Origin: Ferrovaceae bacterium
GTDB lineage: Bacteria > Pseudomonadota > Gammaproteobacteria > Burkholderiales > Ferrovaceae
Assembly: GCA_027311025.1 (NCBI GenBank)
Contig: DAICZS010000005.1
Span: 7,784-71,783, forward strand
Length of the DNA: 64,000 nucleotides
Direction: 5' to 3'
Positions 32,501 through 40,934 of this stretch are shown here, piece after piece; within the stretch, counting starts at the first letter, position 1, and each line of letters starts with the position of its first letter. Position numbers and translations under genes: made by a program. The notes beneath the pieces were generated by a model. The model was not told the origin of the DNA. It did no database searches and saw nothing but the letters and a program-made list of their open reading frames with translations.

Positions 32501-33979
32501 ATGGCCTACGCCGATTTGCGCGAATTTCTGCGCGATCTGGAACAACAGGAACAGTTGCTGCGGGTCACCGAAGCGGTCGACCCACATCTTGAAAGCACCG
32601 CACTCTGCCAGAAAAGCCTGCGTGCTGGCGGGCCTGCCCTGCTGTTCACCAAGCCGCGCCATTCCCGCATGCCGCTTCTGGGTAACCTGTTTGGCAATCC
32701 CCAACGCATTCATGCCGCCCTGCACCATCGTGCCATCCGTTCCTTCCGCGAACTGGGAGAGTTGCTGGCGGCGCTGAAAGAACCCCGCATCCCTCGCGGC
32801 ATGAAGGGCTGGCTGCAGGCCTGGCCCGAGTACGCCCAGCTGGCCTACGCGCGCCCCCGTGAGGCTGGCCATGCTGCCTTTGAGGAGGTGGTCCTGAAAG
32901 GCCCCGATGTGGATCTTGGCCTGCTTCCCATCCAGCACTGTTGGCCCGAAGATGCGGGCAAACTCATCACCTTCGGCCTCGTGGTCACCCGCGGGCTACG
33001 CCAGGAACGCCAGAATGTGGCCATTTACCGTCAGCAGGTCATCGGCCGAAACCGGGTCATCATGCGCTGGCTGGCCCATCGCGGTGGTGCGCTGGATTAT
33101 GCGGACTGGCTGGCACGGCATCCTGACAAGCCTTATCCGGTGATGGTGGTGATCGGCGCCGACCCCTGCACCCTGCTGGCCGCCGTGGCACCGGTGCCCG
33201 ACACGCTGTCCGAATATGAATTTGCCGGGTTGCTGCGCGGAGAATCCACCTTGCTGCGCCGGGGTTACCTGTCAAACCTCGAGGCGCCCGCAGGGGCCGA
33301 GATCGTGCTGGAGGGCTTCATCTATCCCAACGATCGCGCCCTGGAAGGTCCCTTCGGTGACCATACGGGCTATTACAACAGCCAGGCTGAATTTCCCGTG
33401 TTCACCATTGAGCGCATGAGCATGCGCCATGATGCCATTTACCACGGCAGCTACATGGGGCGCGCCCCGCTGGATGAACCCTCGGTGCTGGCGCACGAAC
33501 TCAACGACATTTTCGTGCCGATCCTGACCCGTGTCTTTCCCGAAATCCGTGACTTCTATTTACCCCCAGAAGCCTGTTCCTACCGCATCGCCGTGGTGAG
33601 TCTCTCCAAGCAGTACCCGGGGCATGCCCGACGCATCATGATGGGGATATGGTCCTGGCTGCGGCAGTTTACCTACACCAAATTCGTGATTGTGGTGGAC
33701 GACGACATCGACATCCGAAACTGGTCCGAAATCCTGTGGGCCCTGTCCACGCGCATGGACCCCGTGCGCGATTGCCTGCTTCTGGAGAACACGCCCATCG
33801 ACTACCTGGATTTTGCCAGCCCCGAGGCGGGCCTGGGCGGAAAGATGGGGCTGGATGCCACCAACAAATGGCCCGGTGAAACCCATCGCGCATGGGGACG
33901 CCCCATCGTGCCCGACAGCAACGTCAACGCGCGCATGGAATCCCTGTGGCAACGCATTTTCAAGAAGGAGCCTTCATGA
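32501..33979 (+). CDS. ubiD: UbiD-family (prenyl-FMN-dependent) decarboxylase, 4-hydroxy-3-polyprenylbenzoate decarboxylase-like
   Basis: About 492 aa from ATG 32501 (MAYADLREFLRDLE...). UbiD-type blocks GPALLF, NVAIYR and GDHTGYY. Confidence 0.85.
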   Translation: MAYADLREFLRDLEQQEQLLRVTEAVDPHLESTALCQKSLRAGGPALLFTKPRHSRMPLLGNLFGNPQRIHAALHHRAIRSFRELGELLAALKEPRIPRGMKGWLQAWPEYAQLAYARPREAGHAAFEEVVLKGPDVDLGLLPIQHCWPEDAGKLITFGLVVTRGLRQERQNVAIYRQQVIGRNRVIMRWLAHRGGALDYADWLARHPDKPYPVMVVIGADPCTLLAAVAPVPDTLSEYEFAGLLRGESTLLRRGYLSNLEAPAGAEIVLEGFIYPNDRALEGPFGDHTGYYNSQAEFPVFTIERMSMRHDAIYHGSYMGRAPLDEPSVLAHELNDIFVPILTRVFPEIRDFYLPPEACSYRIAVVSLSKQYPGHARRIMMGIWSWLRQFTYTKFVIVVDDDIDIRNWSEILWALSTRMDPVRDCLLLENTPIDYLDFASPEAGLGGKMGLDATNKWPGETHRAWGRPIVPDSNVNARMESLWQRIFKKEPS

Positions 33980-34977
33980 CCATGGAACTGGTTTGTCCTG
34001 CCGGCAGCCCCGCCGCCCTCACCGCTGCCCTCGAACAGGGCGCTGACGCCATCTATCTGGGGCTGCGTAACCCCACCAATGCCCGTGCCTTTCCCGGACT
34101 GAACTTCGCTCCGGAAAACTTGCGTCTGGCCGTGGATGCCGCCCATGCCCGGGGCAAAAAAATCTATCTGGCCCTCAACACCTATCCCACCTCAGACCAA
34201 ATGGCGTTGTGGAAATCCAGTATCGATATCGCCGCAGAAGCGGGTGTCGATGCCCTCATCATGGCAGAAATGTCGCTGCTCGATTACGCCATCCGCCATC
34301 ACCCGGGCATCCCGCGCCACCTGTCCGTGCAGGGCTCGGCCACGAGTCCTGCAGCGCTGCGGTTTTTCCATGAGCAGTTTGGCATCAGCCGTGCCGTACT
34401 GCCGCGCGTACTCTCGCTGTCCCAGGTGGAACGCGTCTGCGAGAAGTCTCCCGTGGGGATCGAGGTCTTTGCCTTCGGCAGCCTGTGCATCATGGTGGAA
34501 GGTCGCTGCCAGCTGTCGAGTTTCGTCACCGGCCGCTCACCCAACTGTCACGGCGTGTGCTCGCCTGCCGAATACGTTCATTGGGAAGAGCTGCCAGGCG
34601 GGCGACGCCGGGTGCGACTGGGTGAGGTCCTCATCGATGAATTCGACGCGGGAGAATCAGCGAGCTACCCCACGGTGTGCAAGGGCCGCTATCGTGCCGG
34701 CGACACCCCTTTCTATGCCCTCGAGGAGCCCACCAGCCTCAATACGCTCGAACTGCTGCCACGCCTTGCCCAGGCCGGCGTCGTGGCCCTCAAGATCGAA
34801 GGACGTCAGCGTGGGCCCGCCTATGTAGGCAGTGTCACCCGCGTCTGGCGAGAGGCACTCGACACGCTGGAGCGCAAAGAAGGCTTTGTAGTGCGTCCGC
34901 AATGGCAGGAAGCACTGGCCCATGTGGCAGAAGGGCACCAGACCACCCTGGGTCCGTATCATCGGTCCTGGCATTGA
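33976..34977 (+). CDS. ubiU: U32-family protein, ubiquinone O2-independent hydroxylase subunit UbiU-like
   Basis: ATG 33976 (ATGA overlap with ubiD). Exact U32 signature E-x-F-x2-G-[SA]-[LIVM]-C-x4-G-x-C-x-[LIVM]-S, read as EVFAFGSLCIMVEGRCQLS. Further Cys at SPNCHGVC. Confidence 0.75.
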   Translation: MTMELVCPAGSPAALTAALEQGADAIYLGLRNPTNARAFPGLNFAPENLRLAVDAAHARGKKIYLALNTYPTSDQMALWKSSIDIAAEAGVDALIMAEMSLLDYAIRHHPGIPRHLSVQGSATSPAALRFFHEQFGISRAVLPRVLSLSQVERVCEKSPVGIEVFAFGSLCIMVEGRCQLSSFVTGRSPNCHGVCSPAEYVHWEELPGGRRRVRLGEVLIDEFDAGESASYPTVCKGRYRAGDTPFYALEEPTSLNTLELLPRLAQAGVVALKIEGRQRGPAYVGSVTRVWREALDTLERKEGFVVRPQWQEALAHVAEGHQTTLGPYHRSWH

Positions 34978-34990
34978 ACCAGGAGCTTCC

Positions 34991-35896
34991 ATGAAAATCA
35001 GTCTGGGCCCGCTGCAGTATTTCTGGAGAAAATCAGAAGTCATGGATTTTTATCGCGAGGCCGCAAACTGGCCCGTTGATGTGTTCTACCTGGGAGAAAC
35101 GGTCTGTAGCAAGCGCCGGGAGATGCGCCTCAAGGACTGGCTGGAACTGGGTGCCATCCTGGCTGACCAGGGTCGTGAGGTGGTGTTGTCCACGCTGGCC
35201 CTGGTGGAAGCCGAATCGGAGCTGGCCGCCCTGCAACGTCTCGTGGACAACCAGCGATTTGCCGTGGAAGCCAACGATCTTTCCTCGGTACAACTCTGCC
35301 GCGAGCGCGGTGTTCCCTTTGTGGGTGGGCCCACCCTGAACATCTACAATCATGAAACCCTGGCCCTGCTGCAGCGCAGCGGCTTGACCCGCCTGGTACT
35401 GGGGGTAGATCAGGGCGCTCCACAACTGGAAGCGCTGCAGCGACAGGCCCAACTTGCAGGGCACGATTTTCCTGAACTGGAAATTCAGGGTTGGGGCCGG
35501 TTGCCGCTGGCCTACTCCGCGCGCTGCTTCACCGCCCGTGCCCACGATGTGCCCAAAGATGACTGCGGCTTCTGCTGCCTGGAATACCCGGATGGACTAC
35601 CCGTAAGCACCCGAGAGGGACAGCCTTTCCTGACCCTCAACGGCATTCAGGTGCAAAGCACCGCATGTGGTGACCTGGGACCGGAGTTGAATGAACTGGC
35701 AGTCCTTGGTGTGGACATCGTGCGCGTTGCCCCCCAGCGGGAGGGCACTGGCGCGGTGGTGCAGCGGTTTGCCGAAGCGCTGTCGCAAGGGCGGACCGCA
35801 CCACGTCATGGTGACTGCAACGGTTACTGGCACGGTGGTGCCGGCATGGCGCAGATCTCCCCTACCGCAATTTCGATGCAAGTCCCTGGAGCATGA
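34991..35896 (+). CDS. ubiV: U32-family protein, UbiV-like
   Basis: ATG 34991 after AGGAG. Cys pattern GETVCSKR ... ARCFTARAHDVPKDDCGFCC has the spacing I recall for the E. coli UbiV Fe-S ligands. Confidence 0.7.
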   Translation: MKISLGPLQYFWRKSEVMDFYREAANWPVDVFYLGETVCSKRREMRLKDWLELGAILADQGREVVLSTLALVEAESELAALQRLVDNQRFAVEANDLSSVQLCRERGVPFVGGPTLNIYNHETLALLQRSGLTRLVLGVDQGAPQLEALQRQAQLAGHDFPELEIQGWGRLPLAYSARCFTARAHDVPKDDCGFCCLEYPDGLPVSTREGQPFLTLNGIQVQSTACGDLGPELNELAVLGVDIVRVAPQREGTGAVVQRFAEALSQGRTAPRHGDCNGYWHGGAGMAQISPTAISMQVPGA

Positions 35897-36438
35897 TCCT
35901 CATGGCAATTTCAAACCTCCTCATTCCGGAAAACATTCCACCCCAAGTGCTGCGACTGCTTCCTCCTCCCCAGGCATTGAGGCATGGCGTGCGCCTCATC
36001 CCCCAGGAATGGCGGGGCCGCATCCTGACGAAGCTCATGAATAGTCTGGTGGCCAGTGCGCTACCCCCAGAAACGCTGGCCTTTCTGGAGCAACGCCGAC
36101 TGGCCATCGAGGTGGAAGACCTGGGGCTTCGCTGGGTGTTCATGGGTGCAGGAGGAAAACTGCAATCCCTGCCCATAGACACTGCCGCCGAGGTCACGAT
36201 CCGTGGCAAGACGCTCGATCTGCTCTTGCTGGGTAGCCAGTTGGAAGACGCCGATACCCTTTTCTTTCAACGTCGTCTGACCATGACGGGGGACACGGCG
36301 CTGGGCCTGGAAACCCGCAACGTTCTGGACCAACTCCCGTGGGAGCGACTCACGCCGGGATTGCGCATTGCACTCAACCGCATCGCGCGTGTGGCTCAGG
36401 CAGCCCATGAGGTGCGCAGTAAAACATTCCGGAAATGA
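35893..36438 (+). CDS. ubiT: SCP2-domain lipid-binding accessory factor, UbiT-like
   Basis: 181 aa. ATGA overlap with ubiV. SCP2-like C-terminal half (FFQRRLTMTGDTALGLETRNVL). Confidence 0.65.
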   Translation: MILMAISNLLIPENIPPQVLRLLPPPQALRHGVRLIPQEWRGRILTKLMNSLVASALPPETLAFLEQRRLAIEVEDLGLRWVFMGAGGKLQSLPIDTAAEVTIRGKTLDLLLLGSQLEDADTLFFQRRLTMTGDTALGLETRNVLDQLPWERLTPGLRIALNRIARVAQAAHEVRSKTFRK

Positions 36439-36462
36439 CGCCTGATGCAGCACTGTCACAGG

Positions 36463-36846
36463 TCAGTGATCGGTACCCTCCGAAGCACGCTGCACGACAA
36501 ATGGTGAATTGGCCCTGACGGCCTGCTGCTTGTTGACGGCTTCCCTGAATTTATCCTGTATCTCCTGCGGGCTCATTGGCGGGGCAGGCTGCCCGACAGG
36601 CGATGGGGGCACGGTATTTCCGCGCCTCTCCAGAAAAACCTTGATGGGATCAGATTGAACAGCGCTGGCAGGGGGGGCCGTGGGGCTGATCACCACGGAT
36701 TGTTCCTTGTGATGCCGCAAATCAATGCCATTGTTGTCCGGCATCCTGCCGAACTGCCAGCCCACGATTCCCGCGGCGCCCAGCAACACCCCAATGACAA
36801 CGACGCGCAGGGACACCCGAGCATGCCATTTTTTGAATGCCTTCAT
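36463..36846 (-). CDS. hypothetical single-pass membrane protein, Pro-rich C-terminal part
   Basis: ATG 36846 (MKAFKKWHARVSLRVVVIGVLLGAAGIVGW...); the ORF opens with TTG at 36888. One TM helix. No family recognised. Confidence 0.45.
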   Translation of the reverse strand: MKAFKKWHARVSLRVVVIGVLLGAAGIVGWQFGRMPDNNGIDLRHHKEQSVVISPTAPPASAVQSDPIKVFLERRGNTVPPSPVGQPAPPMSPQEIQDKFREAVNKQQAVRANSPFVVQRASEGTDH

Positions 36847-36944
36847 AGGATCGGAACGGGTATCAATGACGCTTTGGGTTTTTGACAATTGCCTGATGGA
36901 TACTATACTTGAAGCAAATCGGCCGGGACAACGCTGGAAGCACC

Positions 36945-38945
36945 ATGCACCTCAACAAGAACAAATTGATCGGTTTTCTGTTGCTGGCGATACTGTCCCA
37001 GAATTCCTTTGCCGTGACGGATGCCGAAGTCTTTTCTTATGCGGCCGCGAATTATCCCAGCCTTTTCACCGGGGCAGCCACCAGTGGACAATTTCAGCAA
37101 TACAGCTACCAATACTACCCTGCCACCGGTAATTATATCGCCGTAGACACCACCGGCACGGTCTATATCCTCGGCCCGGTGGCCACTGATGGCGCGATCA
37201 CTGCAGTTGGTCCTGTCACCGCATTTGCGGCCGCCATCAACTCCTGGCAATCTAACGGCGGAAGTTACCTGCTGAAGCATGCAGGGGTGTACACGTACTT
37301 CGAAGAACGAGGAGGGGCCTCGGGATATTGGCCAGGTCAGTCCATCCAGACCTGGAGTCAATATGATTCCGTGGTCGGAAGCACGGTGGCGCAGGAAGTC
37401 TCACTGCAACTCGACAAGTTAAAGGCAATGGGAGTCAATACCCTCACCATTGACCTACGCACCGCTGATCCAACCGCCACAGGCAATTTCACGCCTCCTG
37501 ACTGCAATGAACCTCCTGTGCTCGGACTCCAGTTTCCCCAACCTACGGCCACCGAACTTGCAAACTTGCCCCTGCTCTTTGATGCTGCGCAGAGCAAAGG
37601 CATGAAAATCTGGCTGCGTTTGGTCAATTCCCATATGGAGCAGTCGCCCCCAACGAACATCCAGACCTGGCTGACAGCCATCCTGGGCGCCATTGGACAA
37701 AAGCCGGCGCTTGATCTGGTGATGTTTGATGGAACCACCTATCTCGTCACCAATGCCAACGGCACGCAAAGTTGTGGCATTCCGGCAGAACCGCCCTTAT
37801 GGTTGGGCCCAACCTCCATTCCTGCGACTTACGTCCAGTGGGCCATTGGATACGCGATGTCCCTGGGCATTCCCGCACAAAAACTATCCGCTGAAGCCGT
37901 TGTGGGTGACTTCTTTCTGGACAGCCAGCCGCCGTCCGGATCAACGGCCACGGACAGCCACCTCTGGTCACCGATTGCAGTCGAGAAAACCATTTTCGAC
38001 AACCTGGGCATTCCCGCAAGTCAACGCACTTACGCCTTGTCCTTCTATGAACACAGAAAATGCTCGGACGCCCAGTCGCTGCCGTGTACAGACACCAATC
38101 CACATGATTGGGCAGACCAAACCTTGCAGAATGTCACCAATGTCGTAGGGTCTGGCCCACGAATCGTCGCCACAGAAATGGGCGATGAAACCCCAGTAGA
38201 CCAGACGAACTGGAACACGCAGCATGCAATGGAAAGCATCGTCTTCCTGCTGCATAAATACGGCATCGATGGCGGCGCATTCTGGCGCTGGACCAGTTTT
38301 TACGACACCGAAGACAAAGACACGACGCTGGCCTCACCGATCAAGCAACGCGGCGTGACGTTTACCTACAATCCCGTACAGAAAGAAATCCTGGACATGG
38401 GGGGGTTTCATGTTTCGCCCATTCCAAACGGCTCGTTTGAGGGTGCCGCAATCGGTGGCGTTCCAGAGGGCTGGACGGTTTCAGGCAGCGGTACGGCTTA
38501 CCAGTATTTATTGACGCAGGAAGGAGCCACACAGCCTGAAGTACCATCCCGGGGGGTGTATGCCATGCGAATCATTACCGGTCCCGCAAGCGCCACCATC
38601 AGTGCCAGCAGCGTCAAGATTCCAGTAACTGCAGCAACCGCCTACACGACGACGGCAAATTTGCGATTTGCCTGGGCGGGTGATCCAGCCGCAGGCACGG
38701 GCCCTTCACTTTCAAGGCCACAGGTATTTGTGTCAGTGCTCTATTATCAGGCAAGCGGTTCTGCCTCGGCCCTGCGTGCGCAGGACTATTACGCGTTCTA
38801 CCAGGAAGACAGCACGACAGGGTTTGGCACATTCCCCATTCAATACACCACGCCAGGCGATGCGGCCTACGTCGTGATCCAGTTTGGTGCATCACGCAAC
38901 GGGCTGGCCACTCCGATCACGCTGGATGTGGATAATGTCCGCTGA
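36945..38945 (+). CDS. hypothetical secreted protein; possible clan GH-A-like glycosidase barrel plus C-terminal CBM-like domain
   Basis: 666 aa from ATG 36945. Signal peptide MHLNKNKLIGFLLLAILSQNSFA. Motifs GVNTLTIDL, NEP, VATEMGDE and FWRW, with a C-terminal NGSFEG...GW beta-sandwich-like module. The function call is weak. Confidence 0.4.
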   Translation: MHLNKNKLIGFLLLAILSQNSFAVTDAEVFSYAAANYPSLFTGAATSGQFQQYSYQYYPATGNYIAVDTTGTVYILGPVATDGAITAVGPVTAFAAAINSWQSNGGSYLLKHAGVYTYFEERGGASGYWPGQSIQTWSQYDSVVGSTVAQEVSLQLDKLKAMGVNTLTIDLRTADPTATGNFTPPDCNEPPVLGLQFPQPTATELANLPLLFDAAQSKGMKIWLRLVNSHMEQSPPTNIQTWLTAILGAIGQKPALDLVMFDGTTYLVTNANGTQSCGIPAEPPLWLGPTSIPATYVQWAIGYAMSLGIPAQKLSAEAVVGDFFLDSQPPSGSTATDSHLWSPIAVEKTIFDNLGIPASQRTYALSFYEHRKCSDAQSLPCTDTNPHDWADQTLQNVTNVVGSGPRIVATEMGDETPVDQTNWNTQHAMESIVFLLHKYGIDGGAFWRWTSFYDTEDKDTTLASPIKQRGVTFTYNPVQKEILDMGGFHVSPIPNGSFEGAAIGGVPEGWTVSGSGTAYQYLLTQEGATQPEVPSRGVYAMRIITGPASATISASSVKIPVTAATAYTTTANLRFAWAGDPAAGTGPSLSRPQVFVSVLYYQASGSASALRAQDYYAFYQEDSTTGFGTFPIQYTTPGDAAYVVIQFGASRNGLATPITLDVDNVR

Positions 38946-38980
38946 CCCCCACCCCTGCATCACGGGATCAAGCCAACGGT

Positions 38981-39160
38981 TCACCCATTTCGATGCGGAA
39001 ATCGTCGCAAGCCCGCGCGCAGAAACTGCAACTGTTTGTTGAAGTTACGGCAGCCGTCGCACACCATCAGGTGAATTCGCAGGCTGGTCTGCCGCCACAA
39101 GCCAAGCTTTTTATCCATGCCCTGCGACATCAACGCGGTAGCCTGTTTACAATTCAGCAT
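38981..39160 (-). CDS. small zinc-binding (ZAS, zf-HC2) anti-sigma factor, no TM segment
   Basis: 59 aa from ATG 39160: MLNCKQATALMS...RIHLMVCDGCRNFNKQ. Shows C-x25-H-x3-C-x2-C. Overlaps the sigma-gene stop by 14 nt (ATG 39175 is the alternative). Confidence 0.75.
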   Translation of the reverse strand: MLNCKQATALMSQGMDKKLGLWRQTSLRIHLMVCDGCRNFNKQLQFLRAGLRRFPHRNG

Positions 39161-39719
39161 CCCGGTCCCCCGCATTAAACCACCGATCATCAAGACAAAG
39201 CCTGAGCGCCATGCGCGCCCGATGCAGTACAACCCAACAATTAGTCGGGCTGATGGCCAATTCCTTACATATTTCTTCGGTATCCAGATCCAGCATCTCG
39301 CGCATCATGAAAACCCGTGCGGTATTTTCGGGTAGGCGCGTCAGACAGATTTCAAATATTTTCCAGAACTGTTGACTGGAAAAACTGCTCTCGGGGTCAC
39401 CCCAAGCCGACGGGCGCGTATCCGCATTCCAGTGATCCCTCTCGTCAAAAAGGTCGTCGTAGGCATTTTCAGGAATTTCTTCCAGGGCTGCCCCTGTACT
39501 GCTAAAGCGGGCGCGTTCACGAATGATGTCAACGATCTTGTTCTTGAGAATGGCAAATACCCAGGTCTTGAGCTGTGCACGATTACCGAATGACTGCTTG
39601 CCAATCAGAACTGCCGCCATGGTCTCCTGCACCGCATCTTCTGCTGAACTTTCGTCACGCAACTGCAACCATGCAAATTTCAGCATGTCACTTCTGAATG
39701 AGATCAGTTCATTTTCCAT
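39147..39719 (-). CDS. ECF-type RNA polymerase sigma-70 factor
   Basis: 190 aa. Region 2 (DAVQETMAAVL...WVFAILKNKIVDIIR) and region 4.2 HTH (EEICKELAISPTNCWVVLHRARMALR). Confidence 0.88.
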   Translation of the reverse strand: MENELISFRSDMLKFAWLQLRDESSAEDAVQETMAAVLIGKQSFGNRAQLKTWVFAILKNKIVDIIRERARFSSTGAALEEIPENAYDDLFDERDHWNADTRPSAWGDPESSFSSQQFWKIFEICLTRLPENTARVFMMREMLDLDTEEICKELAISPTNCWVVLHRARMALRLCLDDRWFNAGDRDAEL

Positions 39720-39825
39720 GGGCGAAGCATAACAATTTTTGAAATCCCTGTAAGGATTCCGCAGGCATTGCGACTAACAAGCGGGGACACATTCTCCGTT
39801 TCAATCAATCCAACCTGAGGAGTTT

Positions 39826-40092
39826 ATGATGAACAATCGTCGCATGATTGCTGCCGCAATGGGAAGTTTGCTGTTACTTGGCCTGGCTAGTAGCAGTGCC
39901 ATGGCGGGTGACAAGCCAGAAATGGAAAAATGCTTTGGTATCGCCAAGGCGGGCAAGAATGACTGCTCCAGCAACAAGAGCGCCCATTCTTGCGCAGGCC
40001 AGGCCACTAAAGACAGGGATCCCATGGATTTTGTCGCAGTGCCCAAGGGAACCTGCGAACGAATCGCTGACGGTCAGTTGAAGAAAATGTAA
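39826..40092 (+). CDS. bufA: DUF2282-family Cys-containing secreted peptide = bufferin-type RiPP precursor (BufA1/GigP-like)
   Basis: 88 aa. GAGGAG SD. Sec signal [27 protein letters not shown]|G. Core motifs [20 protein letters not shown] and VPKGTCE are typical of DUF2282. Confidence 0.85.
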   Translation: MMNNRRMIAAAMGSLLLLGLASSSAMAGDKPEMEKCFGIAKAGKNDCSSNKSAHSCAGQATKDRDPMDFVAVPKGTCERIADGQLKKM

Positions 40093-40934
40093 TGGAAAAG
40101 CCCGCAACGCACTCCCTGCCATGCGCAGCCGGTATTGGGTTGCGGGCACCTCATTACCTTGAGGTGTTGAATGAACGCCCCCATCTGGGCTGGGTGGAAG
40201 TCCACAGCGAAAACTTTTTCGGTGGTGGCGCACCCTTGAATACCCTGCGCCAGGTGCGTAACCATTATCCGGTCAGTCTGCATGGCGTGGGCATGGGACT
40301 GGCCTCCACCCGGGCTCTGGACCAGACGCATCTGTCGGATTTACGTCGACTGTGTGACATGATCCAACCTGCTGCCGTCTCAGAGCATCTCTGCTGGAAT
40401 GCGTCAGGAGGCTACGTAATCAACGATCTGCTGCCATTTCCTTATACCGAAGAGGCCCTGGCGCATGTGGTGTCTCGCATCGATCACGTTCAGGAAAGAC
40501 TGGACCGCCAGCTTCTGGTGGAGAACCTGTCATCCTATTTATCGTTTAGCCATAGTGAAATGACTGAAGGCGAGTTTATGTCCGAACTGGCAGACCGCAC
40601 AGGATGCGGCATCCTGCTTGACGTCGAAAACCTGTATGTGAACACGTGCAATCTGGGCGTTGACGCCAAAGCCTTTATCGCATCCATCCCGGTTGACGCA
40701 GTAAAGGAATTTCATCTGGCAGGATACAGCGAAAGGAACGGTTGCCTGGTGGACACGCACGACCATCCCGTCAGTACGGAAGTGTGGAGGCTATATGAGT
40801 ACGCGTTACTGCAAATTGGCCCGCGCCCAACCCTGATCGAATGGGACAGTGACATTCCTGCCCTGGGTGTCTTGATGGGTGAGGCGGCAGAGGCGCAGCG
40901 CAGACTGGAGCAGCATGATGTCCAGGCTGCATGA
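40092..40934 (+). CDS. bufB: DUF692 / MNIO (multinuclear non-heme iron oxidase, MbnB-like) RiPP-modifying enzyme
   Basis: 280 aa. TIM-barrel DUF692 blocks GIGLRAPHY, VEVHSENF, SLHGVG, VSEHL, LLVENLS, LLDVENLYVN, EFHLAGY, VDTHDHPV and LIEWD. Start overlaps the bufA stop (TAATG). Confidence 0.88.
   Translation: MEKPATHSLPCAAGIGLRAPHYLEVLNERPHLGWVEVHSENFFGGGAPLNTLRQVRNHYPVSLHGVGMGLASTRALDQTHLSDLRRLCDMIQPAAVSEHLCWNASGGYVINDLLPFPYTEEALAHVVSRIDHVQERLDRQLLVENLSSYLSFSHSEMTEGEFMSELADRTGCGILLDVENLYVNTCNLGVDAKAFIASIPVDAVKEFHLAGYSERNGCLVDTHDHPVSTEVWRLYEYALLQIGPRPTLIEWDSDIPALGVLMGEAAEAQRRLEQHDVQAA

Noticed and set aside
36439-36470. att-type direct repeat of the tRNA-Leu(TAG) 3-prime end at the far border of accessory block 1
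   Set aside because: I compared the tRNA 3-prime sequence (tggtgccgtggagaggactcgaacc) by eye with 36430-36470 and 38945-38990 and saw no match. A blastn would be needed to exclude degenerate copies.
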